From positions 10,127 to 74,126 of the forward strand of contig CALWPL010000006.1 in NCBI GenBank assembly GCA_944383405.1: DNA of 64,000 nt, written 5' to 3'. Positions 17,746 through 26,078 of this stretch are shown here, in pieces (the stretch's first letter is position 1; each line of letters starts with the position of its first letter). Origin of the DNA: an uncultured Clostridia bacterium (GTDB taxonomy: Bacteria; Bacillota; Clostridia; Christensenellales; UBA1242). The position numbers and the translations under genes were made by a program. A model generated the notes under the pieces. It searched no databases. It saw only the letters and a program-made list of their open reading frames with translations, and had not been told where the DNA came from.

Positions 17746-17821
17746 GCCTTGGTAGCTCAGTCGGTAGAGCAGGGGACTGAAAATCCCCGTGTCGGTGGTT
17801 CGATTCCGCCCCAAGGCACCA
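17746..17821 (+). tRNA. tRNA-Phe (anticodon GAA)
   Basis: Acceptor GCCTTGG/CCAAGGC, anticodon stem GGGGA/TCCCC, loop CT-GAA-AA, encoded CCA. Confidence 0.9.
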
Positions 17822-17831
17822 AAGGAATTAT

Positions 17832-17906
17832 GCTAGTGTGGCTCAATGGTAGAGCAGCTGATTTGTAATCAGCCGGTTGTTGGTTCGATTCCGACCACTA
17901 GCTCCA
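17832..17906 (+). tRNA. tRNA-Thr (anticodon UGU)
   Basis: Acceptor GCTAGTG/CACTAGC, anticodon stem GCTGA/TCAGC, loop TT-TGT-AA, encoded CCA. Confidence 0.9.
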
Positions 17907-17970
17907 TGTCGCAGTAATATCCACCCAATGCAATATCGCAAGATATTGTTCCACCATGTTACTGCGACAT
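17906..17970 (+). ncRNA. structured 65-nt spacer element between tRNA-Thr and tRNA-Tyr
   Basis: Perfect 12-bp basal stem ATGTCGCAGTAA (17906-17917) with TTACTGCGACAT (17959-17970). Apical 7-bp stem CAATATC/GATATTG is capped by a GCAA (GNRA) tetraloop at 17938-17941. The internal loop carries two UCCACC motifs. Confidence 0.5.
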
Positions 17971-17973
17971 TTT

Positions 17974-18058
17974 GGGTGGGTTGCAGAGCGGTCAAATGCA
18001 ACGGACTGTAAATCCGTCGGCTTCGCCTTCGATGGTTCGAATCCATCCCCGCCCACCA
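17974..18058 (+). tRNA. tRNA-Tyr (anticodon GUA), long variable arm
   Basis: 85 nt. Acceptor GGGTGGG/CCCGCCC, anticodon stem ACGGA/TCCGT, loop CT-GTA-AA, long variable arm, TTCGAAT T-loop, encoded CCA. Confidence 0.9.
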
Positions 18059-18107
18059 AATAAAAAATTTTTTAAATCCCTTTATTTTAAAGGATTTTAA
18101 CAATTTT

Positions 18108-18148
18108 GACTATTTTAAGTGTGCCAGACTTAAAATAGTCTTTTTTTT
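18108..18148 (+). terminator. rho-independent terminator of the tRNA operon
   Basis: GACTATTTTAAGT (18108-18120) pairs with ACTTAAAATAGTC (18128-18140), followed by T8. Confidence 0.85.
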
Positions 18149-18441
18149 GTTTAAAACCAACTTTTCGTTAAAAATTGGGGTCAAATTTTGGGTCAAAATT
18201 CAGGATATAAATTATTTAAAGAGAAAATATAATTTTATGTTTATTATATACTTAAATGGATTTTGGTATAATTGTATCGTATTTTATTTATTATTAAGAA
18301 AATTGAACTAGTAACGCTTTAATTATTATTCAATGTAAATCTTTTTTAGTCAATACATCTATAAAGATTTAAAATTAATAGTAAATCATTTTGCTTTTTT
18401 TATTTAAGTAAAATATAATATAAACTGATTTTGGAGTTATT

Positions 18442-20637
18442 ATGAAAAGAATTATTCTTGGTATAGAGGGTATGAGTTGTAGTGCGTGCTCTCAGGGGAT
18501 TGAAAAGTATTTAAAGAAGCAAGATGGTGTTTTTAGTGCGAGTGTAAATCTTGTTATGGGTAATGCTACCATTGAATATGATGAAAATAAACTCAATAAA
18601 AATAAATTAGAAAAATTTATTAAGGATGTTGGCTTTAAAAGTACAGGCATATATAAACTTCAAGATGAAAGTAAGTCAAATAAAAAAACTAAGGTATTAT
18701 TTATTTGTTTTACACTTCTTGCATTACTTGTACTTTATATTTCAATGGGGAGTATGATAGGTCTTCCATTGCCAAACTTTATGAGTTATGAAAGTAATCC
18801 GAAAGTATTTAGCATAATTTTACTTATTCTTATTATTCCTTTTTTAGTGTATGGATTTGATATATTTAAAAGTGGAATCAAGTGTTTATTTTTAAAAATG
18901 CCAAACATGGATACTCTTGTAACTATAGGGGTGTTTAGTAGTTTTTTATATAGTCTATATTCATTTATTATGATAATGCAAGGAGAAAGTAGTTTTGTGC
19001 ATAGTTTATACTTAGAATCTTGTGCAATCATTATTTATTTTATCAAACTTGGGAGATTTATCGATAGTTCAAATAAAAGTAAAACGAGAGAAGCCATTAA
19101 AAACCTTGTTCAAGTAACGCCAAATAAGGCGATTATTAAGTTGGATGGCAAGGAAAAAGAAGTAACATTAGATGAAATAAAGCAGGGAGATATACTGGTT
19201 TGTCGTGCAGGAGATAAGATTGCTGTTGATGGAGTGATTGTTTTTGGCAATACGCACATAAATGAATCTTTTATAACTGGGGAAAGTATGCCAGTTAATA
19301 AAAGTGTTGGCGATAATGTAATTGCAGGGAGTATTAATTTTGACGGCTACATTGAGTATAGTGCGCAGAGAATAGGTAGAGATTCTACAATTTCAGAAGT
19401 TGTAAGGCTTGTCGTTGAAGCGACAAATACAAAGATGAAAATATCAAAATTAGCAGATAAAATTAGCGGAATTTTTGTTCCAGTTGTAATAGGAATTGCT
19501 TTTTTAACTTTCCTTGTTTATCTTTGTTTAGGTGTGGGGTTTAATGTTGCATTAAATTTTTTTGTTACAGTACTTGTTGTTGCTTGCCCCTGTGCTCTTG
19601 GTCTTTCAACCCCAATAGCAGTTGTTATCAGTGAAGGGAAATGTGCAACAAAGGGAATACTTGTTAAAAATAGTCAAACTCTTGAAATTGCAAGTAAAGT
19701 TAATACTGTCATTTTTGACAAGACAGGAACTCTTACTTATGGTAATCTAAAAGTGGCTAAATTTTTTAATTTTAGTAAATATAGTGATAATGAAATTTTA
19801 AATCTTGTATGTAGTGTTGAAAAATTATCATCCCACCCAATAAAAAATGCCTTTCTGGATATGGCAATAGAAAAGAAAATAGATTTGTTCGATGTTAAAG
19901 ATTTTAAGACTATTGAAGGAAAGGGAGTGGTTGGAAAGATAGATAAGAATTTAATAGTAGTAGGAAGTAGTAAAATATTAGATGAATTTAAAATTGAAAA
20001 TAAATATTTTGAAATAGAAAGACAAGTTGCTTATGAAGGGAGTTTGGTTTATGTGGCACAAAATAAGAGCGTTTTAGGGCTTTTTATTGTAAATGATGTA
20101 ATAAAGGAGAGTGCAAAAGAAATTGTGAGTCAGTTAAAGAATAGAAAGATAGAAGTCATAATGTTAACAGGCGACAATGAAGAAGTTGCAAAGACAAAGG
20201 CTAGTGAGTTAGGTATAGATTTAGTTTACGCATCTGTCCTTCCAAAAGGGAAAAATGAGATTATAAATCAATTAAAAAGTAAAGGTAAAGTTGTTTTAAT
20301 GTGTGGGGATGGGATAAATGATAGTCCTGCACTTGCTTCTGCTGACATTGGACTTAGTGTTCATAATGGGACAGATATTGCCATGAATTCGTCAGATGTT
20401 GTTTTAATGAGTGATAATTTAAGTCGGATTGTCGAATTGCTTGACATTGGGCGAAAAACAATTAAAAATATAAAGGAAAATTTGTTTTGGGCATTTTTCT
20501 ATAATATGCTTATGATACCCATTGCAACGGGAATGTTTAGTTTTATAGGTCTTGTTATAAATCCTATGATAGCAGGTCTTGCAATGGTATTAAGTAGTTT
20601 AACAGTAGTTTTAAATGCTCTTAGACTAAAAAGGTAG
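18442..20637 (+). CDS. copA: copper/heavy-metal-translocating P1B-type ATPase
   Basis: N-terminal HMA domain GMSCSACS, TM CPC motif (ACPCALGLSTP), DKTGTLT phosphorylation site, GDGINDSPAL hinge. Confidence 0.92.
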   Translation: MKRIILGIEGMSCSACSQGIEKYLKKQDGVFSASVNLVMGNATIEYDENKLNKNKLEKFIKDVGFKSTGIYKLQDESKSNKKTKVLFICFTLLALLVLYISMGSMIGLPLPNFMSYESNPKVFSIILLILIIPFLVYGFDIFKSGIKCLFLKMPNMDTLVTIGVFSSFLYSLYSFIMIMQGESSFVHSLYLESCAIIIYFIKLGRFIDSSNKSKTREAIKNLVQVTPNKAIIKLDGKEKEVTLDEIKQGDILVCRAGDKIAVDGVIVFGNTHINESFITGESMPVNKSVGDNVIAGSINFDGYIEYSAQRIGRDSTISEVVRLVVEATNTKMKISKLADKISGIFVPVVIGIAFLTFLVYLCLGVGFNVALNFFVTVLVVACPCALGLSTPIAVVISEGKCATKGILVKNSQTLEIASKVNTVIFDKTGTLTYGNLKVAKFFNFSKYSDNEILNLVCSVEKLSSHPIKNAFLDMAIEKKIDLFDVKDFKTIEGKGVVGKIDKNLIVVGSSKILDEFKIENKYFEIERQVAYEGSLVYVAQNKSVLGLFIVNDVIKESAKEIVSQLKNRKIEVIMLTGDNEEVAKTKASELGIDLVYASVLPKGKNEIINQLKSKGKVVLMCGDGINDSPALASADIGLSVHNGTDIAMNSSDVVLMSDNLSRIVELLDIGRKTIKNIKENLFWAFFYNMLMIPIATGMFSFIGLVINPMIAGLAMVLSSLTVVLNALRLKR

Positions 20638-20645
20638 GGAATAAG

Positions 20646-20876
20646 GTGTTTAAAAAATTATATGATAATAAATTAAAAGTACTAGGTATGCATTGCCAAA
20701 ATTGTGTAAAAAGAGTTGAAGGAGTAATAAAAAAACTTGGAGGAGTTAAAGACATTAATATAGATATTGGAACAGGAGAAGTAAGTTTTTATTCAAAGAA
20801 GCAAGTTGACAAAAACATTCTTAAAGAAGAAATTGAAAATTTAGGATTTGAAGTAGAAGAGAATAAAAATGATTAA
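20646..20876 (+). CDS. copZ: heavy-metal-associated (HMA) domain metallochaperone
   Basis: GTG start after AGGGAATAAG; 76 aa with GMHCQNC metal-binding motif; directly after copA. Confidence 0.8.
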   Translation: MFKKLYDNKLKVLGMHCQNCVKRVEGVIKKLGGVKDINIDIGTGEVSFYSKKQVDKNILKEEIENLGFEVEENKND

Positions 20877-20901
20877 TTTTTTAGAAAAGAATTTAAAAGC
20901 A

Positions 20902-20930
20902 TTGACAAATTAGTATAAAGTAAATATAAT
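20902..20930 (+). promoter_or_regulatory. consensus sigma-A promoter of yceD-rpmF
   Basis: TTGACA (20902-20907), 17-nt spacer, TATAAT (20925-20930). Confidence 0.65.
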
Positions 20931-20940
20931 ATCTATTGCT

Positions 20941-21444
20941 ATGTTGTTGAATATTATGAGAGCAAAAGTAGAGCCAGGGAAAAAGCAAAGTTTTGAATTA
21001 GATACTAAACTTGACGACAGCATACTAGAAGATAGAAATTGCAAATTTTTATCTCCTGTACATATTGAAGGCGAGTTTTATTATCAAAATGAAAAACTTT
21101 ATTTGAATGCTAAGGCTCATGTAAAATTACTTTGTATGTGCGACAACTGTGGTGAGGAATTTGAAAGGGTTTTTGAATTTCCTTTAGAAGAAGAGTTTAT
21201 AGAAAACTATAATTCTCATAACGAAGAAGATTATTTAATTAATCAAGCAGGAATAAGTATTGATGAACCTTTATCAGATAACTTACTATTAAGCCTTTCT
21301 ACTAGAATGTTATGTCGTGAAGATTGCAAAGGACTCTGTCAAGTTTGTGGGAAAAATAAAAACTTTACAGAATGCCATTGTGAAGAACATTTAAAAGAAA
21401 TTGAAAGGCAGGAAGAAAATCCATTTGGCAAAATAATGAAATAG
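20941..21444 (+). CDS. yceD: YceD/DUF177 family protein (23S rRNA accumulation protein)
   Basis: 167 aa with Cys clusters (CDNCGEEF, CKGLCQVCGKN); conserved position immediately upstream of rpmF. Confidence 0.85.
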   Translation: MLLNIMRAKVEPGKKQSFELDTKLDDSILEDRNCKFLSPVHIEGEFYYQNEKLYLNAKAHVKLLCMCDNCGEEFERVFEFPLEEEFIENYNSHNEEDYLINQAGISIDEPLSDNLLLSLSTRMLCREDCKGLCQVCGKNKNFTECHCEEHLKEIERQEENPFGKIMK

Positions 21445-21457
21445 GGAGATGTGAAAA

Positions 21458-21655
21458 ATGGCAGTACCAAAAAGAAAAGTTAGTAAAGCAAGAAGAGATA
21501 GCAGAAAAGCAAATTGGAAAGCGGGTGTTCCAACACTTGTTGAATGTCCACATTGCAAGGCAATGATTCGTCCACATACTGTATGTAAAGAATGTGGATA
21601 TTATAATGGCAAAGAAGTTATTGCCGTTAGTTCAAAAGAAAAAGAAGAAAAATAA
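21458..21655 (+). CDS. rpmF: 50S ribosomal protein L32 (zinc-ribbon form)
   Basis: MAVPKRKVSKARRDSR N-terminus; CPHC...CKEC zinc ribbon. Confidence 0.95.
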   Translation: MAVPKRKVSKARRDSRKANWKAGVPTLVECPHCKAMIRPHTVCKECGYYNGKEVIAVSSKEKEEK

Positions 21656-21687
21656 TTCTTTTATATTTTTTCTTGTGCAAAAAACTT

Positions 21688-21717
21688 GAAGAGAAATATT
21701 TTTTCTCTTCTTTTTTT
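21688..21717 (+). terminator. rho-independent terminator after rpmF
   Basis: GAAGAGAAA pairs with TTTCTCTTC, followed by T7. Confidence 0.75.
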
Positions 21718-21906
21718 GTATAATTAAAAATAAATAAGTTTTATGAAAATTTTTATTTGTAATTTTAAAAAAATAATATTATAGAAAGTTTTAAAAGACA
21801 AAAAGTCTATTTAATACTAAAAAGCAAAATTTACAATTTTAGTGAAGTATGTTAATTTTGCTTTTAAAATTTTAAATTCTACTTTATAATATTTATGGAG
21901 ATTAAT

Positions 21907-23250
21907 ATGTTTAGGTTTGTAAATTCAAAGCCAATACAATTTCTTTTAGAAATTTCAAAATTACCAAGAGAAACTGGCATGGAAAATCAAATCAAAGATT
22001 ATTTGATTTCTTTTGCAAAAAATAGGAATTTAGAGTTTTTTACAGATGAATTTAATAATGTAATTATTTATAAAAGGGAAAATTTAGACGCTCCTATTAT
22101 TTCATTGCAAACAAATATAGACATGATTAGCATAAAGACATTAAAATCTAAAATTGATTTTAAAAAACAGGGAGCCAGCATAATTAAAAGAGCAGATTTT
22201 ATTCTTGGGAAAAATACTTCTTTTGGGGGAGAAAGTGCTTGCGGGATTGCAATTATACTAGATATTTTAGATAGTAAACTACCAGTAAATATTGAGGCTA
22301 TTTTTACAAGTCAAAAATATAATAATATGCTAGGTGCAAGAGCACTAGATTTAAAAAAGATAACTTCAAATAATATGATTTGTCTTTGTGGCGGGGAAAA
22401 AGATAGTTTGTATAATGAGAGTTGTTATAGTATACAAGGGCAAATAAAGTTTAATAATGAAAAAATATTTTTGCTAAATTCAATTTTGAGAAAAACATTT
22501 ACTTTGTCGATAGAAGGGTTAGGGAGCATTAGTCAAAATAACTATATAAAGGTAATTTGCGATTTATTAAGTAAATTTTCTAATTTATTTATCAATAAAT
22601 ATTACTTTGGGCGGGATAGAGAGTATATTTTTAAAAATCAAGTAACCTTTACAACAGAAATTGACGAATTAGAGTTAAAAAGAATAATAAAATTTTTCTA
22701 TATTCAAAATAAGAAAATTTATCCAAAAATAAAAATAAAGTGTATTAGACAAGTTAATAATAGTCTTGTTTTAGAAAATAGTAACTTTTTATCGTTTTTG
22801 TCAAATTTTAAACATGGAAATCTCAAGAGTGATGAGTTTTTATACCAAGAAATAACAAACATTGATAGTGATAGTGGAATTATTTCTTTTAGATTGGTTG
22901 GGAAAAATACAAAAAGTACTCAAAGGCAATATGAGTTATTAGAAGAATTATGTAGAAATAACGATATGACTTGCATTCATCTCTACGATTGTGAAAGTTT
23001 TAAAACAAAAGAAAATTCTAGTTTATTAAGTGGTTTTACAAAATCATATATTGGTTTTGGTAATGTCCAAATAAAACCTTTGCTAAGTGATAATGAAGGG
23101 GGTATTTTTCAAGACAGGAATAAAAACCTTGATGTTATTTGTTTGCCTATTTTTATGATTGACAATAGGGAAATAACTGAGAAAGTTAGTTATTCTTCTA
23201 TGATAAATACTTCTATGTGGTTAAAAAAATATTTTAGAGAAGAATTGTAA
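21907..23250 (+). CDS. PepD-like (M20C aminoacyl-histidine dipeptidase family) protein with substituted catalytic positions
   Basis: By-eye alignment to E. coli PepD across the N-terminal 170 aa. LQAHLDMV aligns with LQTNIDMI, TTLGADNGIG with TSFGGESACG, and TMTEEAG with IFTSQKY. ATG at 21907 follows GGAG; the ORF-track ATG is at 21895. Confidence 0.55.
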   Translation: MFRFVNSKPIQFLLEISKLPRETGMENQIKDYLISFAKNRNLEFFTDEFNNVIIYKRENLDAPIISLQTNIDMISIKTLKSKIDFKKQGASIIKRADFILGKNTSFGGESACGIAIILDILDSKLPVNIEAIFTSQKYNNMLGARALDLKKITSNNMICLCGGEKDSLYNESCYSIQGQIKFNNEKIFLLNSILRKTFTLSIEGLGSISQNNYIKVICDLLSKFSNLFINKYYFGRDREYIFKNQVTFTTEIDELELKRIIKFFYIQNKKIYPKIKIKCIRQVNNSLVLENSNFLSFLSNFKHGNLKSDEFLYQEITNIDSDSGIISFRLVGKNTKSTQRQYELLEELCRNNDMTCIHLYDCESFKTKENSSLLSGFTKSYIGFGNVQIKPLLSDNEGGIFQDRNKNLDVICLPIFMIDNREITEKVSYSSMINTSMWLKKYFREEL

Positions 23251-23327
23251 CAATCTAAGCCAAAAATAGAATATAGTCTTTTGGTGGGTCTAACTTGTTT
23301 AGAAACATTTTTGATTGGAGAAAAAAG

Positions 23328-24332
23328 ATGAATATTGCTATTGTTGGTGCTACCGGAAAGGTAGGAAATAAGTTTATTGAGATTTTACAATCTAGAAATA
23401 TAAAGGCAGATAATTTTTATTTATATGCAAGTAAAAAAAGTCAAGGTAAAAAATTTAAGATTTTTAATAAAGATTATTTTGTCCTAGAACTTAAAGAAGA
23501 AAATATAATAGATAAAAAAATCGACTACGCTTTGTTTTCGGCAGGTGGAAACATATCAAAAGAATTTGCCCCTATATTTGTAAGAATTGGTGCCACGGTC
23601 ATTGATAACTCAAGTGCGTGGCGAAAAGATGAAGATGTGCCACTTGTTGTCCCAGAAGTAAATAAAGAAGATATTTTATGGAATAAAGGAATTATTTCAA
23701 ATCCAAATTGTTCGACTATTCAAGCAGTTTTGCCCTTAAAAGTGCTAGAAGATTTGTATGGGATTAAAAGAGTGGTTTTTTCGACTTATCAGGCAGTTTC
23801 TGGTGCGGGGCAAAAGGGATACGAAGATTTAAAAAATGGAATAAAAGGCGTACCGCCTAAAAAATTTCCGCATCAAATTTTTTCAAATGTATTACCACAC
23901 ATTGATGATTTTCTAGACAATGGATACACCAAAGAAGAAGAAAAGATGATTTTTGAATGTAGGAAAATACTGCATAAAAAAGACCTTAAAGTTACTGCTA
24001 CAGCGGTAAGAGTCCCAGTTTTTGATTGTCATAGTGAGAGTATAAATGTTGAATTAGATAAAAACTTTGAAATAAATGACATTAAAGACGCTTTCTCTAA
24101 ATTTCCAAATTTAGTTGTTGTTGATGATATAAAAAACAATGTTTATCCTATGCCGATAAATTGTGCTAACAGGGATGAAGTTTTTGTAGGTAGAATAAGG
24201 AGAGATTATTCAATTAAAAATGCACTAAATATCTGGGTTGTTGCAGATAACATTAGAAAAGGTGCTGCGACTAACGCTGTCCAAATTTTACAAGAAATCA
24301 TAGAATATAAAAAGGCAGGAAAATTAGTATGA
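23328..24332 (+). CDS. asd: aspartate-semialdehyde dehydrogenase
   Basis: MNIAIVGATGKVG Rossmann start, active-site NPNCSTIQ. ATG at 23328 follows TTGGAG; the ORF-track start is 23295. Confidence 0.95.
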   Translation: MNIAIVGATGKVGNKFIEILQSRNIKADNFYLYASKKSQGKKFKIFNKDYFVLELKEENIIDKKIDYALFSAGGNISKEFAPIFVRIGATVIDNSSAWRKDEDVPLVVPEVNKEDILWNKGIISNPNCSTIQAVLPLKVLEDLYGIKRVVFSTYQAVSGAGQKGYEDLKNGIKGVPPKKFPHQIFSNVLPHIDDFLDNGYTKEEEKMIFECRKILHKKDLKVTATAVRVPVFDCHSESINVELDKNFEINDIKDAFSKFPNLVVVDDIKNNVYPMPINCANRDEVFVGRIRRDYSIKNALNIWVVADNIRKGAATNAVQILQEIIEYKKAGKLV

Positions 24333-25213
24333 AAAAGGTTTTTAGCGGCAGTGCGGTTGCTCTTATTACTCCTTTTAAAGATGGCAAGGTCGATTTCGAA
24401 AGTCTAGGAAAACTTATTGATTTCCAACTACAAAATGAGACAGACGCAATAGTTGTTTTAGGAACGACAGGGGAGCCAGCGACACTAAGTCAAGAAGAAA
24501 AGAAAGAGATTATTAAGTTCTCTAAGATTAGAATTAATGGTAAGGCAAAATTGATTGTTGGAACTGGGTCAAATAGTACAGAAAAGACGATTAAGGATAG
24601 TATACTTGCACAAGAATATGGAGCAGAAGCACTTTTAATAGTTACTCCTTACTACAATAAATGCACACAAAAGGGTATTGTAAAACACTATAAAGAAATT
24701 GCAATGAGAGTAAATATACCAATTATTGTTTATAATGTTCCTGGTAGAACATGTGTAAATATTTTACCGCAAACAGCACTAGAACTTAGTAAGATACCTA
24801 ATATTTGTGGAATAAAAGAGGCTAGTGGTAGCATAAATCAAATAATAAGCATGTTTAAATTATTAAAAGACAAAATGGCAATATATTCAGGGGATGATAG
24901 TTTAAATTATGTTTTTATGAGTTTGGGTGCAAGCGGGTGTATAAGTGTCAGTGCAAACATAGTGCCAAGAGAGATTAATAAAGTTATGACTTGTGCTCTT
25001 GGTGGCGACTTTAAAAAAGCATTAGAAATTCAGGAAGAATTATTTGATATAAATAAAGATTTATTTATTGAAGTTAATCCAATTCCTGTAAAGTATGCTT
25101 GCTCTCTACTTGGTCTTTGTAAAAATGAATTAAGATTACCACTAACAGAACTAGAAGACAAAAACAGAGAAACACTAAAAAACACTTTAACTAAATTTGG
25201 TTTAAAAGTGTAG
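24329..25213 (+). CDS. dapA: 4-hydroxy-tetrahydrodipicolinate synthase
   Basis: GTTGEPATLS, YNVPGRT and GIKEASG (Schiff-base Lys) motifs. Confidence 0.95.
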   Translation: MKKVFSGSAVALITPFKDGKVDFESLGKLIDFQLQNETDAIVVLGTTGEPATLSQEEKKEIIKFSKIRINGKAKLIVGTGSNSTEKTIKDSILAQEYGAEALLIVTPYYNKCTQKGIVKHYKEIAMRVNIPIIVYNVPGRTCVNILPQTALELSKIPNICGIKEASGSINQIISMFKLLKDKMAIYSGDDSLNYVFMSLGASGCISVSANIVPREINKVMTCALGGDFKKALEIQEELFDINKDLFIEVNPIPVKYACSLLGLCKNELRLPLTELEDKNRETLKNTLTKFGLKV

Positions 25214-25219
25214 GAAGAA

Positions 25220-25251
25220 AAGTAAACTCTTTTTCTTAAAAGAGTTTACTT
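25220..25251 (+). other. perfect 14-bp intercistronic hairpin between dapA and dapB
   Basis: AAGTAAACTCTTTT (25220-25233) pairs with AAAAGAGTTTACTT (25238-25251) around a 4-nt loop; no clean T-run follows. Confidence 0.6.
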
Positions 25252-25291
25252 AATTAAAAATTTTTGTACAAGCATAATTCTAGGAGAGATA

Positions 25292-26047
25292 ATGGAACTT
25301 GTTATAAATGGGTTTTGTGGCAAAATGGGACAGGTTATATATAATCTGGCAAAAAAAGATAAAGATTTTGAAGTAAAATATGGAGTTGATAGGCAAAGTT
25401 CTATTGCAACTGTAATGGGAAATTTTACAGATGTAAGGCTAGTTGATAATCTATTTAAAGTTAGAGAGTGTGATGTTGTAATTGATTTTTCGCACGCTTC
25501 TTCTCTTGAAGATGTACTTAATTTTTGTGTTATAAATAGAGTTCCACTTGTTGTTGCAACAACTGGACATAGTGTAATGCAAGAAAGAGCAATAATTAGA
25601 GCAAGTAAAATAATACCAATTTTTAAATCTGGTAATTTTAGCGAAGGTGTTAATGTAATGCTTAATTTAATTTCACTTACCACAAAAGATTTGAAGGATT
25701 TTGATATTGAAATTATAGAAAAGCATCATAATAAAAAAGTAGATGTGCCAAGCGGAACTGCTCAGATGTTAATAAACACCATAAGAGAACAAAGGCAAAA
25801 TTCAGTAATTAATCTGGGAAGAAATAGTAATGGTAAAAGAATTAAAGAAGAAATAGGCGTTCATTCTATTCGTGGTGGTGGATTGATAGGAGAGCATACG
25901 GTGTATTTTTTAAACGATGCAGAGTGTTTATCTATAACTCATACTGCTTTTTCAAGAGATGTTTTTGGAATAGGGGCATTGCACGCAGTAAAATTTTTAG
26001 TTAATAAGAAACCTGGATTATACGGAATGAAAAACCTTTTTGAATAA
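25292..26047 (+). CDS. dapB: 4-hydroxy-tetrahydrodipicolinate reductase
   Basis: GFCGKMGQ nucleotide-binding start; EKHHNKKVDVPSGTA substrate-binding signature. Confidence 0.92.
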   Translation: MELVINGFCGKMGQVIYNLAKKDKDFEVKYGVDRQSSIATVMGNFTDVRLVDNLFKVRECDVVIDFSHASSLEDVLNFCVINRVPLVVATTGHSVMQERAIIRASKIIPIFKSGNFSEGVNVMLNLISLTTKDLKDFDIEIIEKHHNKKVDVPSGTAQMLINTIREQRQNSVINLGRNSNGKRIKEEIGVHSIRGGGLIGEHTVYFLNDAECLSITHTAFSRDVFGIGALHAVKFLVNKKPGLYGMKNLFE

Positions 26048-26078
26048 TTCTTAATACAATACTAGATAGGAGAAAATT

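Noticed and set aside
17843-18103. 86-aa minus-strand ORF in the ORF track.
   Set aside because: It lies entirely over tRNA-Thr, the structured spacer and tRNA-Tyr on the opposite strand, and it has no RBS. It is a spurious ORF through GC-richer tRNA DNA.
17429-20876. copA-copZ as a genomic island integrated at the tRNA cluster.
   Set aside because: There is no integrase or recombinase gene, and I saw no duplicated tRNA 3' segment acting as a direct repeat. By eye the composition is similar to the flanks. Only the small GGGTCAAA repeat is reported, as a low-interest observation.
21656-23327. Lysine (L-box) riboswitch upstream of the asd/dapA/lysC genes.
   Set aside because: The spacers before asd (77 nt), dapB (78 nt) and lysC (31 nt) are too short. 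The 238-nt region before the pepD-like gene is almost pure AT with only simple hairpins (for example 21820-21865), nothing like the multi-helix GC-containing L-box core.
25246-25683. 145-aa minus-strand ORF overlapping dapB.
   Set aside because: It is antisense to a well-supported dapB with canonical motifs and shows no motifs of its own. The same reasoning applies to the antisense or internal ORFs at 708-1022, 1117-1539, 1742-2266, 3755-4060, 9094-9480, 39757-40161, 41480-41800, 53644-53976 and 57456-57788.
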